Positions 20,438 through 31,210 of a DNA stretch of 64,000 bases are shown here, piece after piece (the first letter of the stretch is position 1; the number at the start of each line of letters is the position of its first letter). The stretch is taken from positions 104,339-168,338 of the forward strand of contig JBOEGD010000027.1 in the NCBI GenBank assembly GCA_050633245.1, in the 5' to 3' direction. The DNA comes from Calditrichia bacterium. Its GTDB lineage: Bacteria > Calditrichota > Calditrichia > RBG-13-44-9 > J075. The notes beneath the pieces were generated by a model. The model did no database searches. It was not told the DNA's origin and was given only the letters and a program-made list of their open reading frames with translations. The position numbers and the translations under genes are program-made.

Positions 20438-20478
20438 AGAATGATGTCTTCCCGACGTTTCTGCGTTGGGAAGACGAC

Positions 20479-21033
20479 TTATTCAACAGCAGGCCCTTTG
20501 TTATTGCCCTCCGGGTCTGTCGCCAAAGCGGAATCTTCTGCCTGGGGCGCAACGTCTTTCCAACCACCAAACAGCAACATCAATCCCAGGCCGCACATAA
20601 TGGCAACATCAGCGACATTGAAAATCCCAGTTCGCACACTTCCAATACCCATGTTCATAAAGTCGATTACCAGTCCGGAGTTCAGAATGCGATCGAGAAT
20701 GTTACTGAATCCGCCGCTAAAAATAAGCGAGAGGGCAATTGTTTGCAGAGACGTCAGGCGTTTATTAAACACCAAGTAGCCGAGCAGGGCTATCAACAGC
20801 AAAGATGGTAAGATTGTCAGTCCGATAAATCGCAGTTCATCGGATAAGCCGGAACCAAACCCAAGCATGCCACCATTGTTCTCGGCATACTGAAAACGAA
20901 AAAAATCATTCCAATATATCTTTGCCATTCGGCCGCGCAACATATCCTGCGCGATTGTTTTGCTTATCTGATCGATTGCAACAATCAACAGCGTGGTAAT
21001 CGATATCCAAATCATGCGTTTATTATTTGTCAC
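20479..21033 (-). CDS. lspA: Lipoprotein signal peptidase II
   Basis: Motifs DQISK, N.GG..G, GGFSNILDR, VIDF and FNVAD. Confidence 0.92.
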   Translation of the reverse strand: MTNNKRMIWISITTLLIVAIDQISKTIAQDMLRGRMAKIYWNDFFRFQYAENNGGMLGFGSGLSDELRFIGLTILPSLLLIALLGYLVFNKRLTSLQTIALSLIFSGGFSNILDRILNSGLVIDFMNMGIGSVRTGIFNVADVAIMCGLGLMLLFGGWKDVAPQAEDSALATDPEGNNKGPAVE

Positions 21034-21109
21034 AGTAATCCTTTCTTGCAGAGCCGTTCATTCAGAGGACACAATGTAGTCATTTTTTTCTGATGCCACA
21101 GCAAAAAAA

Positions 21110-21493
21110 TCACGTCTTCGCAGGCACTTTTGCCGGCGGCTCATCATCACTTTCAATCCCCTGATCGGTAAAGGCATCGCGAAGATAAAATCCTGCGGCA
21201 CATGCTGTTCCCCCACAAATCAGAGCGATCAACACTGCCCCTACAAACAGCAATTGCGGGGAACTGGCTTGACTCAGTTCAACAATACGCGGCAATAACT
21301 CATCGGCAAAACGAGCATAGTAGAGCGTTGGCGCTAACCAAACCAGGCTACAGCTAAGTCCACCTGCCAGAAAAGCACGAAATCCACTGGCTGGGCGCCA
21401 CACACCATACAAGAACGGAAGCGGGATAATCCACCACCAGAATGGGGTTAAAAGATGGAGTGCGGTGAGTGCTGCTATTAAAAGAAGTATCAT
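21110..21493 (-). CDS. Small integral membrane protein of unknown function
   Basis: 127 aa with three to four hydrophobic segments. Confidence 0.7.
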   Translation of the reverse strand: MILLLIAALTALHLLTPFWWWIIPLPFLYGVWRPASGFRAFLAGGLSCSLVWLAPTLYYARFADELLPRIVELSQASSPQLLFVGAVLIALICGGTACAAGFYLRDAFTDQGIESDDEPPAKVPAKT

Positions 21494-21515
21494 ATACTGT
21501 CGGATTTAAGAGTTA

Positions 21516-21584
21516 TGATCGGTGATCGGTGATCGGTGATCGGTGATCGGTGATCGGTGATCGGTGATCGGTGATCGGTGATCG
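21516..21584. repeat. Heptamer tandem repeat (TGATCGG), about 10 copies
   Basis: Perfect array visible directly; intergenic. Confidence 0.97.
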
Positions 21585-21664
21585 AAATTTATTTCTTGAT
21601 AAGCACCTGCATAAGATCAAAATTTTTCGTTGCCCGTTGCCTCCCGGCGGTTCGGAATAGTCCG

Positions 21665-21701
21665 TCGCTTCTCGCTTCTCGCTTCTCGCTTCTCGCTTCT
21701 C
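21665..21701. repeat. Heptamer tandem repeat (TCGCTTC), about 5 copies
   Basis: Perfect array immediately downstream of the acylase stop codon. Confidence 0.95.
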
Positions 21702-21703
21702 AC

Positions 21704-24118
21704 TCAAGGCCGCAGAACCGTTCCATCATCAAGCTCGGAAGCTTTTTGCAGGTAGTTCAGCTCATAAAATACGCCGTCTCTCCAATCGTCAATCGTTGCG
21801 TCGTAATTTTTAGAACCGGGATTACCTGATTGTCCGCCGGGATAAATACCCCATGCCTTTATCGGATTGCTCATTTCTACTACCATTCGCCAGGTTGGGC
21901 CATGAACACGCTTGGTAGCATTCACTACAATCGGAGCGCCATCGGTTACCAATCCAACCCGTCCAAGCCCCTTAATTCGAGCCATGTGCAGCATGTCTGT
22001 TCCCTGAACGTTACCCCACTCCCAACCTTTTTCCAGTGGATCGTATTTGTTATACAGCTGCTGACGAGTTTGCTGAAATGCCAGCAGAAGCACTTCGCTA
22101 CACGTTTCCACAATGGCGCTGCTATCAATATCAAAGAATGGACTTTCAGGCTCTTCAAGGATTAGCTGCATCAACACTTCGTCAGGCGGGTAAAGCAGCT
22201 TTTCATCCTCACTCTCAAATTCATTCTGCCAGGTGATATGACTTATGTATTGCCACCAAAAGGAAAAGAAAGTCGCAGCTTCCGATGTGCGGTCTTGCCT
22301 AAAGTCCCAATCGTTGAGTAAATCTATCTGATCTGCCTCCGAAAGGGATAAATCTTCCCAGGGCAGTAACTGCATCATAGTAGGAAGCACTTCCCGGGCA
22401 CGGACATTTAGCACATCAAGCTGCAGATCACGCATGGCCTTTGCTGAAATCTTTTTGCCGGGCTCCAGCATCTCAGCTATTCGAACACTGCGCTCGAAGG
22501 AGGCATATTTACCATACAGATTGTAGGGATAGCCCTGCGTCGTCGGTAACTGATTACTCGAAGCTACGTAGCCTTCAGCCGGATTTACCAGTTTCGGCAA
22601 GTGTTCACGTGGAATCCATCCCTGCCAATCATAAGCCGGGTCGCGGCCATCGGAGACAAACCGTCCCTGATGTTTCCAGCGCATTGGCAGCTTGCCAAGG
22701 TGATGAATGGCAATATCGCCCTCGCCGGTGGCAAAGGCAAAGTTCAGAGCGGGAGTTTGATACGTTTTAAGAGCTGTAAGCGCCTCCTGATGCGTTTTTG
22801 CACGATTCAATTTCAGAAAGGCAAGCAGTTCGTTACTGGCATCATGTGCAACCCAGCGTAGCGCTGCTCCTGCCGGAACGCCTTTGTTTGTAACGACTTC
22901 GTCCTTTTTGTAGACCACTAAGCCATGTCGCGTAACAGGAATCGTATCGCGGACTACGCGCCCGCCGCGCATGCGAATGTCTTCAATTAAAAGATCAGCT
23001 TCCAGCCACTTACCATCGTAGAGATAACGTTTTGCGCTCCCAGCTTCAAATTCAACTTCATACCAATCCAGCACATCTGTTTGGGCATTTGTAAGTCCCC
23101 AGGACACATCTGAATTAAAGCCAATAACCACTGCCGGTAACCCGGGCAAACTAACACCATAAACATTTACATCCGGAGCAGCCAGCTGTATCTCATACCA
23201 GATGGAAGGCAGGGTAAACCCCAAATGCACATCATTACTCAAAATTGCATTGCCGTTAACTGTTCGCGATCCCGATACGGCCCAATTGTTACTTCCATTG
23301 TGCGGATCCGGACGCAGCGGGAGCTGTTCAGCCAGCGGTTTTTCCGGGCGATAAATGGAATCCGGTGCGGTCGGGACAACATCCGGCTTGAACTTCCATT
23401 GCGTTTTCGAGCCAGCTACCGGCCTACTGCGCGTTAAAGAAGGCAATAATAGCTTTTGCAGCAGTGAGTCACCAAGCTGTTCCCGCGTACGCGTTAGCAG
23501 CAGCTCTTCACTGTAACCGGTTAGATCCCACGCCAGATACTTTAAAATGAGCAAAGATTTTATTGGTGTCCAAGCTTCGGGAGAATAATCAAGGAGCTTA
23601 AATTCAAGTGGAAAGTCTTTCGCAGCAAGCTGATTAATCCAGGCATTTACACCATTTGTATATGCCATCAGAGCGGCATGTGAACCGGAATCTTTCCCTA
23701 CTTCTTCCAGCATTCGTTCGGCAGCCAATCGCATTCCAATACGCCGACGGTAGCGATCGTATTCCAACATGCTCTCGCCAACAACCTCAGCGATACGGCC
23801 GCCGGCGGCGCGAGAGAGAAAGTCCATCTGCCATAATCGATCACGTGCTTCCAGAAATCCCTGCGTAAAATAAAGATCGTGATCATTCTCGGCAAAGACA
23901 TGAGGCACCCTACGCTCGTCCCAACGCACCTGAACGGCCTCAACAAGTCCGGTTACGTTCAATTCATCAGGTAAAATGTCATCTTCACCATTTTGAAGAT
24001 AGCCGCTAAACGGATTAAGAAACTTCCCGATGGGCGGTTGAATGCCACGCGGATAGTTCAAAAAATAAAACAGGATTGCCAATATGCTGACGGAGGCAAA
24101 AAATTTAAACCACTTCAT
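21704..24118 (-). CDS. Penicillin acylase family Ntn-hydrolase
   Basis: Motifs VPHVFA, ARDRLWQMD, autoproteolytic GSNNWAVSG, PSIWYE and PGGQSGNP. Confidence 0.93.
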   Translation of the reverse strand: MKWFKFFASVSILAILFYFLNYPRGIQPPIGKFLNPFSGYLQNGEDDILPDELNVTGLVEAVQVRWDERRVPHVFAENDHDLYFTQGFLEARDRLWQMDFLSRAAGGRIAEVVGESMLEYDRYRRRIGMRLAAERMLEEVGKDSGSHAALMAYTNGVNAWINQLAAKDFPLEFKLLDYSPEAWTPIKSLLILKYLAWDLTGYSEELLLTRTREQLGDSLLQKLLLPSLTRSRPVAGSKTQWKFKPDVVPTAPDSIYRPEKPLAEQLPLRPDPHNGSNNWAVSGSRTVNGNAILSNDVHLGFTLPSIWYEIQLAAPDVNVYGVSLPGLPAVVIGFNSDVSWGLTNAQTDVLDWYEVEFEAGSAKRYLYDGKWLEADLLIEDIRMRGGRVVRDTIPVTRHGLVVYKKDEVVTNKGVPAGAALRWVAHDASNELLAFLKLNRAKTHQEALTALKTYQTPALNFAFATGEGDIAIHHLGKLPMRWKHQGRFVSDGRDPAYDWQGWIPREHLPKLVNPAEGYVASSNQLPTTQGYPYNLYGKYASFERSVRIAEMLEPGKKISAKAMRDLQLDVLNVRAREVLPTMMQLLPWEDLSLSEADQIDLLNDWDFRQDRTSEAATFFSFWWQYISHITWQNEFESEDEKLLYPPDEVLMQLILEEPESPFFDIDSSAIVETCSEVLLLAFQQTRQQLYNKYDPLEKGWEWGNVQGTDMLHMARIKGLGRVGLVTDGAPIVVNATKRVHGPTWRMVVEMSNPIKAWGIYPGGQSGNPGSKNYDATIDDWRDGVFYELNYLQKASELDDGTVLRP

Positions 24119-24213
24119 TATTTTTCCGGATGTAGGATGATTGCTGCGCCTTTATTTAAAACACTTCCGACAAAAATAAAAGCAGAAATATGAATTTGCC
24201 CGGGGTGGGCTTT

Positions 24214-26064
24214 TTACTGACCGTCGTCTACCGGCAAACCGGCCAGCTTCATAATGGTAAGCGCATTTGTGGTTGGGCACGGTCCCGGATGGATTTTATA
24301 GTCAAACGTCATTTTTCCGTCTACTACCTCTTCACGAAAATGCATATTGCGCAGCTTTGGAAACGAGTCTGCAAGCTGCGTCAGTTCAAGATCATGAGTT
24401 GATATTGCACCGACGCCAAACTTACCGGACAGACCGGCGATGTAAGCCTGGCTCCCAATCAACCGTTCGCGGTTATTCGTGCCCTTGAAGATTTCATCAA
24501 TAAGAAAAAAGAGCGGTTTGCTCTCCCCTTCTCTTTCCAGTGATTCGAGAAGGTGCTTTAGTCTGCGCACCTCTGCGTAGAAATAACTGAACCCGTCGAC
24601 CAGCGAATCACTCACATTGATGCTGGTAAAAAGACGCAGCGGCACCAACTGCATATCACGACTGTCGACGACCCCGCCGGCATTCGCCAGCACCAGGTTT
24701 GCGCCCATCGTTTTCAGAAAGGTGCTTTTACCAGACATGTTTGAGCCTGTAATTAAAAGTGTCTCGCCTGTCGAGTCGAAGCGAATATCGTTGCGAATTT
24801 TACCGCCTTCGGGCAAAAGCGGATGCCCCATCTCGGTCGCGGAGAACGTCGGCTCACTTACATCAGCCGCCATCTTTGGAAAGGTAGATGCCGGGTTTAG
24901 CCACCCCATTGTGGCAAGCGAAGACATTGCTTCCAACTCTGCCCAGCTTTGAAGCCAGTTAGGCAGTTGCTCTGCCAGTTCTGCACGCACGCGATACAAC
25001 CGGCGTGCCCAAAAATAATCGTATGGGAAAATCAAATTTAATATAACCATCAACATGGGATTCATGCGAATGCCCACCGCATAGATAATTCGCTGGATGC
25101 GCTTAATCAATTGCGGAACACCGTCTGCATTGCGAAACGGTGCACAGAATGCGGCCAAATGAGGGGCATTGTGATATGGATATTCTCTTAGATAGCCTAA
25201 GATTCCGGACATTTGCTGTAGCTCATCACTCAGCATCAGGGTATCATTAAACAACTGACTCAATTGTTTGGCATTACCGAAATATAAAATGACATAGGCG
25301 ACAAGCGGCATAGCCCAATAGGAATTCGGCATGGTCGTTATGTTTAATAGTAGTAATCCTAACATAGAGCCAAGCAAAACCTTCATGAGAATCAGCAGCT
25401 TCATTGAAGGAGCTGAATCATCATCACGCTTCAATTTCGTCAACAAAAGTCGTCCGTTAAACGCCTGATCAGAGACACGACGAAACTGCCAGAACAGATT
25501 ATCACAAAAACCGGACAGCCCTCGCAGTTCACGAACAATCTTTTGGCGAACCAGAACCTGCTCGGGTGAGGCTTCACGATGGAGCAGCCATTCTGCCAGC
25601 TGACGCGAACCATCTACCGAGATTGCCGGATTAAGTAAGCGATGCAGCGATGTTTCACCGGTAACCTCAAGGTCTTTATTGAAAGGATGGTCTTTATCGG
25701 TATCAAAATGTTCTGCAACAGGAAGTTCATCCCAACTTACGCGCATGCGAGCGAGCTGCAGATGCTTGAGCTCTTTCCAAACGCGATTCTTATGCAGCCG
25801 TCGACGGACAATACGATGGTTTCTTGCCAAGAAGAAAAATATAATTGCCGAAAACAACAGAATCACTAAACCGCCACTGCGATTTATCCAAAAAATGGCC
25901 GAGCCTGCTATGCCACCGCTTAAAAACACCAGTAGTCGCCAGAGCGAGATCTTTTCCAAAAGTGCACGCAGTGAATCTTCTTGTTTACTGTATTGCTGTA
26001 CCGTTTTTTGCAGGATTCTTTCCCGCTGGTCACGTTTCGTTTGTTTACCCAAAGTCATATCCAC
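24214..26064 (-). CDS. Membrane-anchored MutS-related protein (MutS domain V ATPase)
   Basis: N-terminal TM segments; GHPLL, ITGSNMSGKSTFL, SYFYAEVRRL, IDEIFKGTN and STHDLEL. Confidence 0.9.
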   Translation of the reverse strand: MDMTLGKQTKRDQRERILQKTVQQYSKQEDSLRALLEKISLWRLLVFLSGGIAGSAIFWINRSGGLVILLFSAIIFFFLARNHRIVRRRLHKNRVWKELKHLQLARMRVSWDELPVAEHFDTDKDHPFNKDLEVTGETSLHRLLNPAISVDGSRQLAEWLLHREASPEQVLVRQKIVRELRGLSGFCDNLFWQFRRVSDQAFNGRLLLTKLKRDDDSAPSMKLLILMKVLLGSMLGLLLLNITTMPNSYWAMPLVAYVILYFGNAKQLSQLFNDTLMLSDELQQMSGILGYLREYPYHNAPHLAAFCAPFRNADGVPQLIKRIQRIIYAVGIRMNPMLMVILNLIFPYDYFWARRLYRVRAELAEQLPNWLQSWAELEAMSSLATMGWLNPASTFPKMAADVSEPTFSATEMGHPLLPEGGKIRNDIRFDSTGETLLITGSNMSGKSTFLKTMGANLVLANAGGVVDSRDMQLVPLRLFTSINVSDSLVDGFSYFYAEVRRLKHLLESLEREGESKPLFFLIDEIFKGTNNRERLIGSQAYIAGLSGKFGVGAISTHDLELTQLADSFPKLRNMHFREEVVDGKMTFDYKIHPGPCPTTNALTIMKLAGLPVDDGQ

Positions 26065-26066
26065 TC

Positions 26067-26429
26067 TTAATCTTCACGATGTACCGTATCCGGGCTGAAA
26101 GCCGGTATGCAAAACGACCAATATTCCGCCGGTTCTTCATAGGGGTTTGAATATCGAAGGCGCGTACCGGCATTAACCAACAGCGTCTCACCTGCTTTAA
26201 GCTCGACAATCTCGTCATTAAACTCAATTATTTTTGTACCGGAAATCATAATTGTGAACTCATCAAATTCCGGTTTTTGATACGGCTCAGACCATCCAGG
26301 CGGGGCAATCATGTGTGCAACACTACATTGACTGCTGCCGGTGCTGGCCATGCCAAAGTGCTCCTCAATCAACTTGCCGTCAGTCGTGGGAACAATAAAT
26401 GGATTTGTCTGCTTTTTAAATCCTGCCAT
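26067..26429 (-). CDS. Cupin-domain protein
   Basis: Cupin-like motifs EPYQKPEFDE and LKAGETLLV. Confidence 0.8.
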   Translation of the reverse strand: MAGFKKQTNPFIVPTTDGKLIEEHFGMASTGSSQCSVAHMIAPPGWSEPYQKPEFDEFTIMISGTKIIEFNDEIVELKAGETLLVNAGTRLRYSNPYEEPAEYWSFCIPAFSPDTVHRED

Positions 26430-26525
26430 TGGAGAATCTCACAATATTTTTTTTGGAATTTGCTACGATAAATAGTATATAGTTTAACACCTTATCCTAC
26501 TCAATCCAAAGTCCGGTAGAAAAAA

Positions 26526-27509
26526 ATGATTCGTGAAGCGGCGTTTTTGAGAGAGAATTCCCGTAAATGGCAGCGAATGGAATCCTTGTTAAATGCATCG
26601 GGGAAACAGAATCCCGATGAATTAGCCGAACTCTATTTGGAGATTAACAGCGATCTCTCATTTGCCCGCACGTTTTATCCGGACAGCAAAACCGCTCTTT
26701 ATCTTAATGGACTGGCCGGACAGCTTCATCAACGCATCTATCGTAACAAAAAAGAAGAATCCAATCGCATTGTTACGTTCTGGCGCGATGAATTGCCCGA
26801 GATTTTTCGCCAATCACGTCGAGAACTACTCTACTCGTTCATTATTTTTGTTATCGCTGTTAGCGTCGGTGTGCTATCAACCGCACATGACGAAGGCTAC
26901 GCACGCTATATTCTTGGTGATCACTATATTAATATGACAGAGAGCAACATTGAAAGCGGCGACCCTATGGCCGTTTACAAGGATATGAATCAGATCGATA
27001 TGTTTCTCGGGATCACCTTCAATAACATTCGCGTGTCGTTTATGGCCTTTGCCATGGGCATCTTCTTTTCGCTTGGCACGGTTTACATTCTTATTACCAA
27101 TGGCATAATGTTGGGCACATTTCAGTATTTTTTCTATCAGCGCGAATTACTTACTGAATCGGCTTTGGCAATTTGGGTTCATGGCACACTCGAAATTTCT
27201 GCAATCGTCATCGCCGGTGCTGCCGGCATGGTAATGGGCAACAGCCTGATATTTCCCGGCACCTTTACACGTATGCAAAGCCTTATTCGCGGTGCACGAC
27301 GTGGACTAAAAATCGTAATCGGCATGCTGCCAATTTTTGTTGCGGCAGGATTTTTGGAAAGTTTTGTAACAAGGCTTACCGACATGCCGCTGCTCTTAAA
27401 CCTTGCTATCATTCTCGGTTCTCTGGGATTCATACTATGGTACGTAATCATGTATCCAATAATGCATGGAGGCGCTTCTTCTGATGGACCAGACGATGCA
27501 ACTTCGTGA
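26526..27509 (+). CDS. Stage II sporulation protein M-like (DUF95) membrane protein
   Basis: Motifs DLSFART.YP, I.FNNIRVSF, HGTLEISA and AGFLESF. Confidence 0.88.
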   Translation: MIREAAFLRENSRKWQRMESLLNASGKQNPDELAELYLEINSDLSFARTFYPDSKTALYLNGLAGQLHQRIYRNKKEESNRIVTFWRDELPEIFRQSRRELLYSFIIFVIAVSVGVLSTAHDEGYARYILGDHYINMTESNIESGDPMAVYKDMNQIDMFLGITFNNIRVSFMAFAMGIFFSLGTVYILITNGIMLGTFQYFFYQRELLTESALAIWVHGTLEISAIVIAGAAGMVMGNSLIFPGTFTRMQSLIRGARRGLKIVIGMLPIFVAAGFLESFVTRLTDMPLLLNLAIILGSLGFILWYVIMYPIMHGGASSDGPDDATS

Positions 27510-28302
27510 GGTACGGGATTTTAGCCAGGTATTAAGTGCCAGCGTCAGCTTTATTAAAGCCCACTTTATTCCACTTGGGCGAGTTCTGTTAAGTATTATC
27601 ATTCCTTTCGCGATAATCGACCAGCTTTCCGGGCCACCAGAGACAAGCTTAAACATTCCGGTATTTCTGCAAACTTCAGATAGTCTTGCAACTCATTTTT
27701 GTGCTTTTCTGGTAACCGGATATGTTTACTGCTATCTCGTGCTCTTTCAGGAGCAAGGATTAATACCCGGCCCCATTGATATCTGGCGTTTGCTATTCAG
27801 ACGAAGCTTTGCGGTGATAATAGGATTTATTCTCAGCATCACGATAATTGTTCTGGGTCTTTTCTTTCTGGTTATTCCGGGTCTGTATCTCGCAGGCATA
27901 TTCTCATTAATGACTATGGTTATTATCTCCGAGCGCAAAGGCGTATTTGAAGCATTTGGACGCTGTTTCGAATTGGTTTCCCGGGAGTGGTGGGGAACGA
28001 TGGGCATCTACATTATTACGATGTATTTTTCCGTTGTCTATGCAATAGGCACCGGACTTCCACTGGAGCTGCTCGTTTCAATTCTGGAGGGCAACTCTAT
28101 TGTTACTCAACCGGTAGAGGAAGTCAACCATCTTATCAATCGAGCCAATGTTTTCATTACCTTTATTTCCAGCCAGCTGTTAAGCGCCATCCCCCCCGTT
28201 GCACTTGGCATTCAGTACTACAGCATTGTTGAAAAGCGCGAAATGGTCGGACTAATGAATCGCCTCGCCACACTTATTCCAATGGAACAGGTGGCGGAAT
28301 GA
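27466..28302 (+). CDS. Polytopic membrane protein of the MoxR-associated cluster
   Basis: Multiple TM helices; cluster position. True start may be ATG 27484. Confidence 0.7.
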   Translation: MEALLLMDQTMQLREVRDFSQVLSASVSFIKAHFIPLGRVLLSIIIPFAIIDQLSGPPETSLNIPVFLQTSDSLATHFCAFLVTGYVYCYLVLFQEQGLIPGPIDIWRLLFRRSFAVIIGFILSITIIVLGLFFLVIPGLYLAGIFSLMTMVIISERKGVFEAFGRCFELVSREWWGTMGIYIITMYFSVVYAIGTGLPLELLVSILEGNSIVTQPVEEVNHLINRANVFITFISSQLLSAIPPVALGIQYYSIVEKREMVGLMNRLATLIPMEQVAE

Positions 28303-29021
28303 AAAACGTTCTTTTGATAACTGCGTTTATTTGCTCAATCAACGCCCTTTTGGCTGCAGAAAGCTCATGGATTTCCGAAATTGCCATCGATAGCAGCTTA
28401 ACCGAAATTCAGCAATTCGATCTAGAAACCCTGCGCGAATTTCGGGAAGACAGCGACTTTTTCTATGATCACCAACCTCCTAATACGATCGGATGGTGGG
28501 AAGATTTCAAGCGGTGGTTGTGGCATAATATTTTTCGTTCACTTGGTGTAGTAGACAACCCTTTTCTAAGAAACTTACTTTTCTACGGCTTTATTGCAGC
28601 CGTTTTAGGCTATGCTGCATATAAGATGTCTGAAGGCGATATTCAGAAGCTTTGGAAAGGACGCAGTCGCAAGGTTACCGTAGATTTTCTTGAAGATGAA
28701 AAAGACATCCAGGATCTCGATATCGAGAAGCTGCTAAAGCAGGCATTGCAAGAGAACGATTTGCATCGTGCAACTCGACTGCTCTACCTTAAGGCATTGC
28801 GTCAATTAAGCGAGCGAGCGTTGATTCTCTGGCAGCGCGACAAAACAAACAGCGACTATATCCTCGAGCTATCCGGCAATCCCATTCAAGATAATTTCCG
28901 TGAAATTACCCGGATATTCGACCATGTTTACTATGGCGATTTCAAGCTCCGTATTGCGAGTTTCCCCGAGTTGAGGGCACATTTCGAGCAATTCTATGAA
29001 AGACTCGGAGCACTCAAATGA
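28299..29021 (+). CDS. DUF4129-domain membrane protein
   Basis: Motifs A.RLLYL..L..L, W..DKTN.DY and FDHVYYG. Confidence 0.82.
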   Translation: MKNVLLITAFICSINALLAAESSWISEIAIDSSLTEIQQFDLETLREFREDSDFFYDHQPPNTIGWWEDFKRWLWHNIFRSLGVVDNPFLRNLLFYGFIAAVLGYAAYKMSEGDIQKLWKGRSRKVTVDFLEDEKDIQDLDIEKLLKQALQENDLHRATRLLYLKALRQLSERALILWQRDKTNSDYILELSGNPIQDNFREITRIFDHVYYGDFKLRIASFPELRAHFEQFYERLGALK

Positions 29022-30208
29022 GAAAACACCTGCCTATGCTCATCTTCGGCGTGCTGATACTGGTCTTTTTAACGCTCATTGAAATCAGTCGCCCGCCAGA
29101 ACTCACCTGGCGCGACAGCTTTTCGCGCACCGAAAAAATACCCTACGGCTCCTATCTCGTATTTGAAGGTCTGAAAGATCTTTTTCCAAACCAGGATATA
29201 GAAATTCTGAGTCAACCAATAGCTAAAACTGCTGACAAGGGCTACTATAAAAACAACGACTCATACTACACTTATTTTTTCATCGATTCAGAGTTGGAAA
29301 TGGATCACTATGATATTTCTGACATACTCTGGCTTGCCGCAGAGGGAAATACGGTTTTTCTGGCGGCCAATACCTTTAGCCAGGCCATTATGGATAGCCT
29401 GCACTTCAGTACCAGACCGGCTCTGAATTTTGATGAAGACTCAGCAAAAGTTACTCTTTATGGCGGTAGCTCAGCATCTCACCGGACGTTTATTTACCCT
29501 TATGAATTGGGCAACGAATATTTTCTGGAAGTTGATACTACTCATGTACAAATACTCGGTACCAATTCTGATGGCAGGCCAAACATGCTGCGACAACAAG
29601 TCGGAGATGGAACTGTTTATATAAATTTAGTACCACATGCTTTTACCAACTACTATATGGTAGACAAGACCAACTACGCTTATATCGAGCACGCCTTCTC
29701 CTTCCTCCCCCGACAGCATTTACTTTGGGATGAATATTATAAAGACGTTAGAAGAAACATACCACAAACCTCATTGCGCTTTATCTTAAGTGATCAATCC
29801 CTTCGTTACGCCTACTACCTGATGTGGGCATCTGTTCTACTATTTATGATCTTTCAGGGAAGACGAATTCAGCGAATTATTCCGGTAAAAAAACCACTGG
29901 AAAACACAACGCTGCAGTTTATTGATACGGTCAGTCGCCTCTATTTTCAAAATGGCGATCACAAGAATCTCGCAGAAAAGCAGATAATACATTTCAAAGA
30001 ACACCTGAGACAGCAGTATGGAATAAATACAGACGACATTACTTCTCATAGCATCGAATTGCTAAGTCGGCGCAGTGGCCTTCCACAGCAAGATTTGGAA
30101 AAAACCTTTGCACTTATGAAAAGAATTAGCTCGCAGGAAGCCATTTTAGAGTCCGAGCTTCAAAGTTTGAACAAAGAAATTGAAATCGTTTATCAAATAA
30201 GCAGGTGA
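29018..30208 (+). CDS. DUF4350-domain protein
   Basis: Motifs KIPYG, G.TVFLAA, FTNY, WDEYY and R.QRIIP. Confidence 0.78.
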   Translation: MRKHLPMLIFGVLILVFLTLIEISRPPELTWRDSFSRTEKIPYGSYLVFEGLKDLFPNQDIEILSQPIAKTADKGYYKNNDSYYTYFFIDSELEMDHYDISDILWLAAEGNTVFLAANTFSQAIMDSLHFSTRPALNFDEDSAKVTLYGGSSASHRTFIYPYELGNEYFLEVDTTHVQILGTNSDGRPNMLRQQVGDGTVYINLVPHAFTNYYMVDKTNYAYIEHAFSFLPRQHLLWDEYYKDVRRNIPQTSLRFILSDQSLRYAYYLMWASVLLFMIFQGRRIQRIIPVKKPLENTTLQFIDTVSRLYFQNGDHKNLAEKQIIHFKEHLRQQYGINTDDITSHSIELLSRRSGLPQQDLEKTFALMKRISSQEAILESELQSLNKEIEIVYQISR

Positions 30209-31194
30209 TTAGAATGGAAGAGCAAGGCATGTTTGCGAACAGAGTAGACTTATCGGCCCTTCAACAATCCGTTGAAGAGGTGCGCATAGAAGTGCGAAAA
30301 CTGATAGTCGGCCAGGAGAAGATGGTTCAGTTGATGATTGCCGCGATTCTCGCAGATGGGCATATCCTTCTCGAAGGCGTTCCCGGTGTAGCCAAAACGC
30401 TTGCGGCAAAGCTGCTGGCGCGCACGTTTAAGGCAAACTTTTCGCGTATTCAATTTACACCCGATCTGATGCCTTCGGATGTGGTCGGTACTTCGATTTT
30501 TAATGCAAAGGCAGGGAACTTCGAATTTCGCCAGGGCCCCGTTTTTTCCAATCTGGTGTTAATCGACGAAATAAACCGCGCACCAGCAAAAACTCAGTCT
30601 GCACTATTCGAAGTAATGGAAGAACGCCAAGTTACTGTAGATGGCACGACTTATCAAATGGAAGAGCCCTTTATGGTAATTGCGACGCAAAACCCGATTG
30701 AACAAGAAGGCACCTACCAGCTTCCCGAAGCCCAGCTCGACCGCTTTCTATTTAAGATCGATGTTGGCTACCCCACACTGGAAGAAGAAAAACTTATTCT
30801 GGCAGAATTTCATGCGCGCAAAAACCGCAACGACCTGAGCGTGGTAAAGCAGATTCTGGATCAAAAAAAGATTGCCGCATACAGACAGACCGTCAGCATG
30901 ATTCATATTGGAGACGAGCTGCTGGATTATATTGCACGCATTACCGATCTTTCACGTAACCACAGCTCGTTGTTTCTTGGTGGCTCACCGCGAGCATCTC
31001 TGGCTATTATGACAAGCGCGAAAGCCTTTGCTGCTCTATCGGGCAGAGATTTTGTAACACCCGATGACATCAAAAACGTGGTTACGCCGGTTTTAAGACA
31101 TCGCATCCAGCTCACGCCGGAGCGAGAAATGGAAGGCATGACCACTGACGGCGCCATTAGCCAAATCATCGAAACGGTAGAGGTGCCGCGCTAA
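30205..31194 (+). CDS. MoxR-family AAA+ ATPase
   Basis: Motifs LEGVPGVAKT, RIQFTPDLMPSD, DEINRAPAKTQSAL and ATQNPIEQEGTY.LPEAQLDRF. Confidence 0.96.
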   Translation: MIRMEEQGMFANRVDLSALQQSVEEVRIEVRKLIVGQEKMVQLMIAAILADGHILLEGVPGVAKTLAAKLLARTFKANFSRIQFTPDLMPSDVVGTSIFNAKAGNFEFRQGPVFSNLVLIDEINRAPAKTQSALFEVMEERQVTVDGTTYQMEEPFMVIATQNPIEQEGTYQLPEAQLDRFLFKIDVGYPTLEEEKLILAEFHARKNRNDLSVVKQILDQKKIAAYRQTVSMIHIGDELLDYIARITDLSRNHSSLFLGGSPRASLAIMTSAKAFAALSGRDFVTPDDIKNVVTPVLRHRIQLTPEREMEGMTTDGAISQIIETVEVPR

Positions 31195-31210
31195 GGCGCA
31201 GCAGAGAACC

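Noticed and set aside
21516-21701. Possible CRISPR array
   Set aside because: These are contiguous 7-mers with no unique spacers, and there are no cas genes in the window.
21513-21829. ORFs 21513-21707 (-) and 21578-21829 (+)
   Set aside because: They are translations of the heptamer repeats (RSPITDH and SEKREAR periodicity) and are not credible proteins.
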